NCBI GenBank assembly: GCA_963770895.1
Contig: CAVYRF010000002.1
Location: forward strand, 5,696,001 to 5,760,000
Direction: 5' to 3'
Source of the DNA: an uncultured Acidobacteriota bacterium
GTDB lineage: Bacteria; Acidobacteriota; Thermoanaerobaculia; Multivoradales; UBA5704
DNA length: 64,000 bases
Part shown: in pieces, positions 9,916 through 17,959 of the stretch
Numbering within the stretch: the stretch's first letter is position 1
Layout of the letters: every line of letters begins with the position of its first letter
Translations under genes and position numbers: made by a program
Notes under the pieces: model-generated
What the model was told of the DNA's origin: nothing
Database searches by the model: none
Seen by the model: the letters and a program-made list of their open reading frames with translations, nothing else

Positions 9916-11300
9916 GAGCGCACCTCACTGAGCAGCCCTTCGTAGCGACCGAGTGGCCGGACCTCGACCTCGCCGATCCGCTCGACGTAGGCTGGATCGA
10001 AGCGCGGCGGCCCCATGGCCGGCTCGGGGGCGGCGCGCCGCGGAACCTCCCGTCCTGGACCGTTCCAGCGCGCCACTTGGTACTTGCCCGTGAGCCGGAC
10101 GTGGCGGATGGGATCGACCCCGGGACGGTGAATCCAAATCTCCTCGGACAAAATGCGCACTTCCACCACCGCACCTGCCCACTCCAGCGACACCGGATAG
10201 CGGTTGGACTCCACCGCCACGTAGCCGTCGCGCGGCACGCGCCGGCTCTCGACGCGCTCCCGCGGTGGCGGCGACCGGCGGTCCACCGGGATGAGCCGCT
10301 CGGCCCGAGCGAAGCGCTCCGCCGGCTTCTCATGCGTCGTGCCGTGCACCCGCTGGTCAGCCACCTCGACGCACCAGCCCAAAAGGTAGTCGTTGAGTGA
10401 CTCGAAGCTGGCGAAACGACGACCCGCCAACGCATTGCCCTTGATGTATTTGACACCGCTCTCCACCTTGCCTTTCGTTTGAGCCCGGTAGTAGCGGCAC
10501 AGCTGCACCTTGACTCCGTAGAAGTCCATGCGATCCTTGAACGTGGCGTTTCAGCTCACACGGCCCGTGGCCTCGTCTTTGGCAATGACGATCGTCCGCG
10601 GGTTGTCGTAGAGCAAGCTCTCCGGCCGACCGCCAAAGTGAGCAAATGCCGCCGCATGAGCCTCCAGCAACGACTCCAAACCCTCATTGCAGTAGGCTTT
10701 GGCGAACAACCGCCGGCTGAAGCCCAGTACCATGGTGAACAGGTGCACCCGTACCTGCTGCTCGCCGAGATAGATCCAGGTGCTGCCCCAGTCCACCTGG
10801 CCTTGCTTACCTGGCTCGGTCTCGAAGCGCACCGTCGACTCGGCCGGCCGCTGCGCCGCCCGCCACGACGCGATGTACTTCGCCACCGTCGAGGCGCTGC
10901 ACCGCTGGCCAAGATGCGCCAGCTCACGACTCAGCACCACGCTGTTGAACCCCACCTCCGGGGCTCGCACCCGCAAGAACGGCACCCAACGGTCCAGGAC
11001 ACGCCCCCGCCGCCGACGGTGCTGCACCTGCCAGACCCGCGCCCACCACTTCCGCACGGTCTTTACGTCGAGGCCGAGCTGCCGCGCAATCGCCTTCTTC
11101 GCCACTCCACGCTCCCGCAAAGCGGCGATCGCTCCCCACATCCCCTCGTCGACCAACTCGCCCTCCTGGGCGCCTCCAGGCGCCGCAGAGAGCATGTCCG
11201 ACTCCGGTGCCGGCAACGGCGCCGGCTCCTGCTCCGCATGCACCTCGGCCGCCGGCACGCCGGCCGCCGCCACTTCGCTGCTGCTGCTTGTTTCGCTCAT
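9912..11300 (-). pseudogene. istA: IS21 transposase IstA interrupted by in-frame TGA at 10551-10553
   Basis: Motifs RFETEPGKQGQVDW, LYDN and KGKVE; the two ORFs are in the same frame and read ...GRVS*NATFKDRMDFYG. Confidence 0.88.
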
Positions 11301-11372
11301 TCCCTTCCTCCGTGCGGAGGGGGGGGGAATTTTAGCGTCCAGCATGGGGGGAATTTAGGCGTCTCGCTGACA

Positions 11373-11900
11373 CGGCTTGACCGCAGGCCCGCGCCGGGCG
11401 CCCGGCAATACTGCGATCAAGCCAAGCTGGATCGGCGCCCGCCTCAGCCGTTGGGAGCAAGGCCTGCGCCGTTCCGGCCCGCGTCAGTCTTGACGCGGGC
11501 CGGAACGGCGCATCTGGCGATGCCTTGCCTCTGGCGCGGGCCAGATGGGCAGGAGCAGTTCCGAGGGCCGCTGTTGGCCGCGCCCCTCGCGTCAAGGTCG
11601 TGCTGGTGTCTGGTGTGATCGCGCCGCGGGGGGGCAGCGGCGCTGGAGGCTTCTCTCCCGCCGTTGGCGGCGGGCGCCGACCCCGATGGGCTCGACCGGC
11701 GCGCTCTCGCCAGGCAAGCCCGTGCCGGGCGCCCGGCAATGCTTGCGATCAAGTCGAGCCGGACCAGCGGCCCCGTCTCAGCCGTTGGAGCAAGGCTCCC
11801 GCCGTTCCGGCCCGCGCCAGTCTTGACGAGGGGCCAGAACGGGCAAGCCGACGACAGGCCTGGCCTCCGACGCGGGGGGGCCTTTCTCCCGCCTTTCGGG
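11373..11900. repeat. Tandem hairpin-rich repeat array, right part (rest of copy 2, copy 3 and start of a fourth)
   Basis: Unit starts TT(C)TCTCCCGCC at about 8229, 8551, 11651 and 11883. Confidence 0.85.
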
Positions 11901-12027
11901 CGGCCAGGACCTTGCCGAGCTGGGCCAAGGTCTGCTTACCGTCGATCTTGTTCCCCGAGGATGCAGAAGGAGTAGGGGAGGCCAAGGGGCGGCGCGGTGG
12001 GGAAGCCGGCCGCCCTCCGGGGGGCGG

Positions 12028-12804
12028 TCAGATTTGGGCGGGAGATGCGTACATCAGGGAGCCGGGGGTGGTGAGCAGCTCGCCGGTTTCGAGCAGGGTC
12101 TTGAGGCCCGACAGGATCATGGGCCAGCCACCATAGAGCTGCGCGTTGGCGCCTTCGCGCATCTGGTCGTGGGTCACGGTCAACCGGCATGAATCTTTGA
12201 TCTGCTCGATTTCCCAGGTCACTCGCGAAGCGCCTTCACTCTTCACATCGTCGCCCCAGAGAGCGGTGAAGGTCTGCACCAGACGGCGGGGAGGGTCGAC
12301 TTCCAGGTTGTCGCCTTCGCACAGGAGGCCGGGTGCGTTGGGGGCGCGGCCCACATAGTGAGAGCCGGGCGTCCAATCGGATTCGGCAGCCATGCCGAAG
12401 CTGTACTTGCGCCTCAGGTCAGGGTTGGTGATCGCCTCCCAAAGGCGCTCAGGGGTTGTCTTGATGTAGATCTCGAACACCTTTTCCATGGTTCTGCCCT
12501 CCAAATCGTGTTTAAGGTCGCTCAGGCCAGCGGCCCAAGGCTCGGCGTATTTGCTCACCCAGCGGTCATGGACCAACCGGATCGGGACCGGGTTCAGGAA
12601 ATGCAGTTTTTCGCGGCCCCGCCGTTTGGTGACAACCAACCCAGCCTCTTCAAGCACCCGCAGGTGCTTCATCACCCCAAATCGAGTCATCGGCAGCCGC
12701 TGCTCTAATGCGTTCAACGTCACTCCGTCTTCTACGAAAAGCGCATCCAGCAGGCTTCGACGTGCCGCATTTGCCAGTGCCCTGAACACGTTGTCCTCAT
12801 TCAT
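12028..12804 (-). CDS. ArsR/SmtB regulator fused to SRPBCC (AHSA1-like) domain
   Basis: N-terminal VFRALA...RR..L and KHLRVLEEAGLV; C-terminal TPERLWEAIT and GWPMILSGLKTLLETG. Confidence 0.92.
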   Translation of the reverse strand: MNEDNVFRALANAARRSLLDALFVEDGVTLNALEQRLPMTRFGVMKHLRVLEEAGLVVTKRRGREKLHFLNPVPIRLVHDRWVSKYAEPWAAGLSDLKHDLEGRTMEKVFEIYIKTTPERLWEAITNPDLRRKYSFGMAAESDWTPGSHYVGRAPNAPGLLCEGDNLEVDPPRRLVQTFTALWGDDVKSEGASRVTWEIEQIKDSCRLTVTHDQMREGANAQLYGGWPMILSGLKTLLETGELLTTPGSLMYASPAQI

Positions 12805-12810
12805 GCCGCA

Positions 12811-12840
12811 ATAATAGGTGACTAATTAGTCACCTGTCAA
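12811..12840 (-). promoter_or_regulatory. Sigma70 promoter TTGACA-18-TATTAT (leaderless) with perfect 20-bp operator palindrome AGGTGACTAATTAGTCACCT
   Basis: Palindrome at 12816-12835 fills the spacer; ATG lies 6 nt after the -10 box. Confidence 0.85.
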
Positions 12841-13268
12841 CACACCAACGATCCCGTCATGTGAGCCCCAGCCGCAGGCCCGGTCGGCCAGCGTGGCCCA
12901 AACCTGCGCCGCGGCCCATTGGATCTACCCAGCCGCCGCTCCGTTCCTGGCACAAAGAGCCCCCCCCCCCGCGCTAAGGGGCTTGGTGCCGCATGTCGAG
13001 AGAGCGGCGCCGCCAAGGTCCATGTGTTCCGTATCCAGGAAGGAGGCGCCCTGGAGAATTCGAGAGCTTCGATTTCCTGGCACCTCCAAAGAGCTACGCG
13101 GTGCCTCCGCATAAGATCGAGCCACGGTTGCGTATTCCGGTCGAAGGCGACCATGCCCGGCGTCAACTACACTTGTGCGGCGACGACAATTACACCTGTG
13201 CACCGTGGTAGGGGGCGGGGCGTAGCCCCGCGGGCTTTTTCTTGCTTCAAATTCAGGTAGATATCTCC

Positions 13269-13401
13269 TCGTCGTCGGTCCTGTGGGAGGTGTGCGAAAC
13301 GCGGGTGGGAGGACAGGGGGGCGTTTTGCAAGTCCTGTGGGAAACTGGGAGGGGGTGCGGGTGGGGGACCCAGTTTTCCACAGGGCGTCACCTTCCATAG
13401 G
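13269..13401 (-). ncRNA. Candidate structured element downstream of istB, homologous to 8738-8943
   Basis: CTATGGAAGG...GGAAA..TTTCC..CTTGCAAAA..TTTCGCAC..CCTCCCACAG..CGACGA architecture. Confidence 0.45.
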
Positions 13402-13430
13402 ACGCGCGCCGGCCGATGGAGCGCCAAGTC

Positions 13431-14195
13431 TCATGATTTCTTGGCTTCGGCGCCGCGGGCGGCTGCCTCTTCGGACCGCATACTCGGACCTGTCATCTCC
13501 AGAATGACGGCGTGATGCACCAAGCGGTCGATCGCGGCGGCAGTGGTCATCGGGTTCTTGAAGATCTGATCCCACTGCGAGAAGACCAGATTGCTGGTGA
13601 TCAGGACGCTCTTGCGCTCGTAGCGCTCGGCGAGGAAGGTGAAGAGCACCTCCATCTCCTCGCGGTCTTGCTGGACGTAGCCGAGGTCGTCGACCAGGAC
13701 GGCGTCGAAGGCGTCGAGGCGCCGCAGCTCGGCATCGAGGGCGAGGTCGCGTTTGGCGACCAACAGCCGTTGAACCAGCCGAAAGGCCGGCGTGAAGAGC
13801 ACTTTGTAGCCGCGCTGGACCAGCTCGTGACCGACGGCACACAAGGCGTGGGATTTTCCCCTTCCTGGCAGCCCAAAGGCCAAGAGATTCTCCGCCCGCT
13901 CGACAAAGCCGCCCTCGCACAGGCTTGGCAGAACTCGTCGTACCTTGGCGGGAAGACGGGACAAATCCAGTGTTGTCAGCGTCTTTTCGGCGGGTAGTTG
14001 CGAAGCCCGCCGCAGCCGATCGAGCTTGCGCTGTTGCCGCTCGTCGAGCTCGAGCTGCGTCAAATGGGCCAGGTAGTTTTGGAAGGGCCATCCTCCCTGC
14101 TCAGCCCTCTTCGCCACCTCGTCGTGGTAGGTCACGAACGCCGGCAGCTTGAGCTCTCGCAGCTGGATCGGGAGGCCCGCTGGCGTCGCACTCAT
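13431..14195 (-). CDS. istB: IS21 helper ATPase IstB
   Basis: Motifs GLPGRGKS, VDDLGY and AAIDRLVHH. Confidence 0.95.
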   Translation of the reverse strand: MSATPAGLPIQLRELKLPAFVTYHDEVAKRAEQGGWPFQNYLAHLTQLELDERQQRKLDRLRRASQLPAEKTLTTLDLSRLPAKVRRVLPSLCEGGFVERAENLLAFGLPGRGKSHALCAVGHELVQRGYKVLFTPAFRLVQRLLVAKRDLALDAELRRLDAFDAVLVDDLGYVQQDREEMEVLFTFLAERYERKSVLITSNLVFSQWDQIFKNPMTTAAAIDRLVHHAVILEMTGPSMRSEEAAARGAEAKKS

Positions 14196-15670
14196 GACGC
14201 CACCTGCGCCAGCAGGGCATCGTAGCTGTGGAGGTCGACGACCGGCATCGCAACCTCTGGCACAGTCAGCGACGTCCGTGCCGGTTGCACCAAGCTCTTG
14301 ACGCGCTCGTACAGCGGCACCTCTTCGCTCAACAGATCCAGCGCCGCCTCTACCTCGGACTCCATCGTCGAGGCGGCCAAATGCAGAATCCGCAGATACT
14401 CCAGGTCGGCCCGCGCCGTGGCCTGCGCGCCGTGGAGCTGGTCGTAGGCGCGGCGAAACGCCGGCGTCGGGAACAACTCCTCACGGTACCGGTACCGCGC
14501 GAAGGCGCCGGGCTTGCGCACCAGCGACCAAATCACGTGCCGGTAGTCGATACGGTGACCGTTTTCGCCGCGACGCCGCTCGATCGTCAGCTGGTGCCGG
14601 CCGCCATGGAAGACCTCCAGCCTGGCGTCGAAGATCCGCACGCGCACTCGCTCGCCCTGGAGCCGCGACGGCACCGAGTAGGCGTTGTGTTTGACTCGGA
14701 TCGTGCTCCAGCCGCTGACTCCAACTTCAACCTCGCTGTACTCGGGGAGACGCTCCACGCGCAGCTGGCGCATCGCATCGAGCTCCACCGTCAGCCGCCG
14801 GCTCCGCAGCCGGTTGGCTTTCTCCGTCACCTGCTCAAGCCAAGACTCGTACGCCTCCTGGCTGCCAAACTCACGGCTGCCCCGCAACAGCAGGTGCTGC
14901 TCAAGCCGCCGCTTGAGGGCGCCGTTGAGAGCCTCCACATCGCCATTCTGATGCTTCTGTCCCGGCTCGATAGTCCGCGGCTCCATCCCCAAATGACGCA
15001 TCAACGCCTCGTATTCAGCGTTGAAGCCCCGCTTGCCCGTCCGCAAATCGTGCGTCGCCGCCGTCGAGTTGTCGGTCTGGTGAAAGTGCGCCACCCGACC
15101 CAGCCGGAACACCGCGGCCTGGACGCCGCGGCGCAGCGCCGCCAACGACTCCGAAAAACACACCGTCGGCCACGACCAATTTGAGTACGGCAGCACGACA
15201 TGGCACAGCTGGTGCGGAAACGCCTCTCCGCCGATCGTGATCGCCAACTCCTTGGCCCAGGTGAAGTCGCTCTGTAGCGCCTCCCCTGGACGATGCTCCT
15301 GCGCGAAAAAGACCTCCTTGGCCGGGCCTTCCTGCGCCCGCCATGCCTTCACCCGGCGCTGAAACGTCCGCACCTGGCCAGGCTCGTAGCGGCCCGGCCG
15401 CCGCGACAGCAGATCCTCGAACAGCACCTTCGCCTCCAGCTCCGGCGCATCGGCCAGGCGCTCCACCACCGCCGGCCAATCCTCCACGAACGGGTCGTCC
15501 CGCGTCCGCCACGACCGCGGCTCCTTGACCTCCGAGGGCACCTTGCCCAGGTCCCGGTATCGCCTCGCGGTGTTGCGGTGCAGACCCGCCCGAAGGGCGG
15601 ACAAGCCCACCTTGCCATGTCGCTCCAGCTCTTCCATGAGTCGCCTCACCTGTGCGTCGCTTGTGATCAA
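14192..15670 (-). CDS. istA: IS21 transposase IstA
   Basis: Motifs HRPGEALQSDFT, QTDNS and NGDVE; overlaps istB start. Confidence 0.93.
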   Translation of the reverse strand: MITSDAQVRRLMEELERHGKVGLSALRAGLHRNTARRYRDLGKVPSEVKEPRSWRTRDDPFVEDWPAVVERLADAPELEAKVLFEDLLSRRPGRYEPGQVRTFQRRVKAWRAQEGPAKEVFFAQEHRPGEALQSDFTWAKELAITIGGEAFPHQLCHVVLPYSNWSWPTVCFSESLAALRRGVQAAVFRLGRVAHFHQTDNSTAATHDLRTGKRGFNAEYEALMRHLGMEPRTIEPGQKHQNGDVEALNGALKRRLEQHLLLRGSREFGSQEAYESWLEQVTEKANRLRSRRLTVELDAMRQLRVERLPEYSEVEVGVSGWSTIRVKHNAYSVPSRLQGERVRVRIFDARLEVFHGGRHQLTIERRRGENGHRIDYRHVIWSLVRKPGAFARYRYREELFPTPAFRRAYDQLHGAQATARADLEYLRILHLAASTMESEVEAALDLLSEEVPLYERVKSLVQPARTSLTVPEVAMPVVDLHSYDALLAQVAS

Positions 15671-16004
15671 GCAGCCTCCTCCCCGGCCGCCGGGGGTACG
15701 AGCCTGCCAACCACTTTACGCGCTGCTTAAATTGCACAGGTGTAGTTGTCGCCAGTGCACAGGAGTAATTGTCGCCGAGCACGACCACCCATTCCGGTCC
15801 AAGGCGACCACTGATTCCGTTTGAAGGCGACCACCCGTTCCAGGCTGAAGGCGACCGTTTTTCGCCTGGCGCCGGAAGGGTGGTCGGGATCACCGGAAGG
15901 GTGGTCGCCATCGAACGGAATCGCCCCTGAAAAGAGCTGCGACGATGAGCAGAGGCTCCTTACCTCTGGCATCCTGGTCCTTCATCGGAGATGGGGGGGG
16001 TGGG

Positions 16005-16090
16005 ATGCCGGCACGGAGAGTGAGCGTGAGAAAGATACGAGAGCTGTTGCGATTGCTATGGGAGTGCGGCCTGAGCCAGCGCCAGGCGCA
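16005..16090 (+). pseudogene. 5' fragment of an IS21 istA
   Basis: MPARRVSVRKIRELLRLLWECGLSQRQA resembles an IstA N-terminal HTH start; similarity stops after about 28 codons. Confidence 0.7.
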
Positions 16091-16237
16091 CGGGACAGCG
16101 CAGATGGTGGCAGCAGGGAGGAGGGTGAGGGTGGGTGACCACTCAGGGGACCAGGCGGTCGGTAGACTGGGGCCGAGAGGAATCCGGCAACGGGAACGCC
16201 ATTCGGCAGCGGTCCGCGCCAGCGCTCCACGGCGGTT

Positions 16238-16265
16238 AGTTTACATAATATATCTTATCGGACGT
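16238..16265 (-). other. dif: dif site (XerCD chromosome dimer resolution site)
   Basis: Reverse strand ACGTCCGATAA-GATATA-TTATGTAAACT has the 11-6-11 layout with a canonical XerD arm; AT-rich island; KOPS mostly converge on it. Confidence 0.88.
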
Positions 16266-16282
16266 TGAATCCGGAAGCTAAA

Positions 16283-16413
16283 GGTGGCTGGATCGAACTC
16301 TCCCTCCTCATCCAAGCGACCCCCAGTTCCGGTTCCTTTGGTCCGCGCCCCGACTGCTGGTGGCTGGATCGACTCTCCTGATCCAAGCGCCCAGTTCCTT
16401 TGGTCCGCGCCCC
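16283..16413. repeat. Two imperfect direct repeats (~70 and ~55 bp) adjacent to dif
   Basis: GGTGGCTGGATCGA..CTCTCC...ATCCAAGCG..CCCAGTTCC..TTTGGTCCGCGCCC at 16283 and 16359. Confidence 0.8.
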
Positions 16414-16567
16414 GGGAGGGCAACTCGGTCCCGACTTCGCCTCAGCGTACAGCCAATTGCCCGCCACCTATCCTGTCCGCAGCGTGCCCCCCCTCCCGTC
16501 TGGGTGGGCAGCAAGACGTCATGTTGAGAGGGCGGCAGCGGTCAGCCAGCCGGGTGGATGCGGAGAT

Positions 16568-17080
16568 TTATGGGCGGGTGTCCTCGAGGTGCCATTCGGC
16601 GGCGAGGTCTTCGTCTTCTTCGAGGCGCAGACGGAGGAGGTCGAGGGTTGGCGGCAGGGCGTTGGCGAGCTGGGATTGGATCCAGGTGACCAGGGCTTCG
16701 CTGGAGGGATTGGTGCGGCTGGGGGCGAAGTCGGGGATGGCGGAGTTGAGGTGCTGGTGGTCTAGGCGATCCAGGACTTTTTGCGCGACCAGGGTGTCGA
16801 GCCAGCCCAGATCGACTAGAAAGGAGGTCTGCGGGTCGGGGGTGCCGCGCAGGGTGACGAAGAGGCGGTAGTTGTGGCCGTGGCCTGGGAGGTTGGCGCA
16901 CTTGCCGAAGTGCTTGCGGTTCTGCTCTTCGGTCCAATCCGGGCGCCGGTAGATGTGGCTGGCGCTGAAGCGATAGCGGCGCTCCAGGCGCACCTTGGCG
17001 GCGCCGCCCTGGGAAGCGGTGCCGATCTGGGACGAGGCGTCATCGGACTGCCGGGCCAGGGGGCGGGATGGATCGCTCAG
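16568..17080 (-). CDS. 6-pyruvoyl-tetrahydropterin synthase/QueD family protein (start CTG 17080 or GTG 16993)
   Basis: Motifs FSASH, CANLPGHGHNY, LDH..LN and PSSE. Confidence 0.85.
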   Translation of the reverse strand: MSDPSRPLARQSDDASSQIGTASQGGAAKVRLERRYRFSASHIYRRPDWTEEQNRKHFGKCANLPGHGHNYRLFVTLRGTPDPQTSFLVDLGWLDTLVAQKVLDRLDHQHLNSAIPDFAPSRTNPSSEALVTWIQSQLANALPPTLDLLRLRLEEDEDLAAEWHLEDTRP

Positions 17081-17889
17081 GATTCCTCCTTGGCCGGATC
17101 CGAGGCGCCGGGTGCTGCCTGGCCGCGCCAGAGCTGGGAGCCGCCGGTGACTTCGATCCAGGCGCCGGTGACGTAATCGCAGCGTAAGAGGAATTCGACG
17201 GCTTGGGCGATGTGGGCTGGGCTGCCGAGGCGCTTGAGCAGGGTGCGCTCGCGGATCTTTTCCAGCTCGGCCGGGGGGGTCTGGTCGACGGGGAGGACGG
17301 GTCCAGGGATGACGCCGTTGACGCGGTAGTGCGGAGCGAGGGCGCGGGCCAGGCCCTTGACCAGGGGGATGAGGGCTGCCTTGGAGACGGCATGGGCCAG
17401 GTAGCCGGTCCATAGCTCCAGGGCCGCCGAGTCGCCGATGGCGATCAGGACTCCTCCCCTATCGCCGCGGCGGCGGGCCAGCTCCTGGGCAAGGAGGAAA
17501 AAGGAGCGGACGTTGAGGGCCTGGGCACCGTCCCAGTCGGCGACGCTGGTGGCGAGCAGGGGGCGGTTGAGGAACGAGGCGGCGGAATGGACGATGACGT
17601 CCGGCAGCTCGCCGGCCGCGGCGCACAGGTCGAGCAGGCGCTTGGGACCGGCGGGGTCCGTCAGGTCGGCGCAGAAGGCGGCGCCGCCGGCTGGCAGGCT
17701 GGCCACCAGGTCGGTCGCTTCCCAGGCGCTGCGGTGGTAGTGGACCAGCACCTTGGCCCCGAGGCGCCCGAGGTGGCGGCTGATCTCGCCGCCGACGCGG
17801 TGGGCTCCCCCGGTGACCAGGACGGTGTGACGCCCCAAGGGGGGCTCGACCGGAGCCGAGGACGGCAGATCCTGGTCGGGAGGTCCCAC
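17077..17889 (-). CDS. Pteridine reductase-like short-chain dehydrogenase (FolM/PTR1 type)
   Basis: Motifs VTGGAHRVG, VHYHRS, RVNGVIPGPVL and YVTG..I.V.GG; start estimated. Confidence 0.85.
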   Translation of the reverse strand: MGPPDQDLPSSAPVEPPLGRHTVLVTGGAHRVGGEISRHLGRLGAKVLVHYHRSAWEATDLVASLPAGGAAFCADLTDPAGPKRLLDLCAAAGELPDVIVHSAASFLNRPLLATSVADWDGAQALNVRSFFLLAQELARRRGDRGGVLIAIGDSAALELWTGYLAHAVSKAALIPLVKGLARALAPHYRVNGVIPGPVLPVDQTPPAELEKIRERTLLKRLGSPAHIAQAVEFLLRCDYVTGAWIEVTGGSQLWRGQAAPGASDPAKEES

Positions 17890-17959
17890 GGCGGCTGTCT
17901 CTCCTTCCCTGCTGGGAGGTTGGCGCCCATCGGCCACGCGGCGTCCATATAATGCAGCT

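Larger units (their letters stand above)
8596..11372 (-). mobile_element. IS21-family insertion sequence (2777 bp)
   Basis: Ends TGTCAAGACGACGCCAAATTTCCCCC and (reverse complement) TGTCAGCGAGACGCCTAAATTCCCCC with internal repeats; istA/istB; flanks GGGCT and CGGCT (near-perfect 5-bp target duplication). Confidence 0.93.
13154..15781 (-). mobile_element. IS21-family insertion sequence (2628 bp), intact
   Basis: Ends TGCCCGGCGTCAACTACACTTGTGC and (reverse complement) TGCTCGGCGACAATTACTCCTGTGC; perfect 6-bp target duplication CGACCA at 13148-13153 and 15782-15787. Confidence 0.95.
13129..16090 (+). mobile_element. Truncated IS21-family remnant whose left end was split by a second IS21
   Basis: TGCGTATTCCGGTCGAAGGCGACCA at 13129 continues after 15787 with repeated (A)TTCC....AAGGCGACC units; istA-like start at 16005. 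Confidence 0.8.

Noticed and set aside
8228-11900. Integron attC array or CRISPR reading of the hairpin repeats
   Set aside because: No RYYYAAC/GTTRRRY pairs, no cassettes between units, no integrase, and units are too long for CRISPR.
13100-13128. Second dif-like site (CCGCATAA-GATCGA)
   Set aside because: Only a weak XerC-like half; no XerD arm.
12980-13128. Possible gene fragment left of the nested IS
   Set aside because: Too short and broken to assign without a search.
15782-15925. CRISPR-like short repeats (AAGGCGACC)
   Set aside because: About 22-bp spacing with no unique spacers and no cas genes; these are IS21 subterminal repeats.
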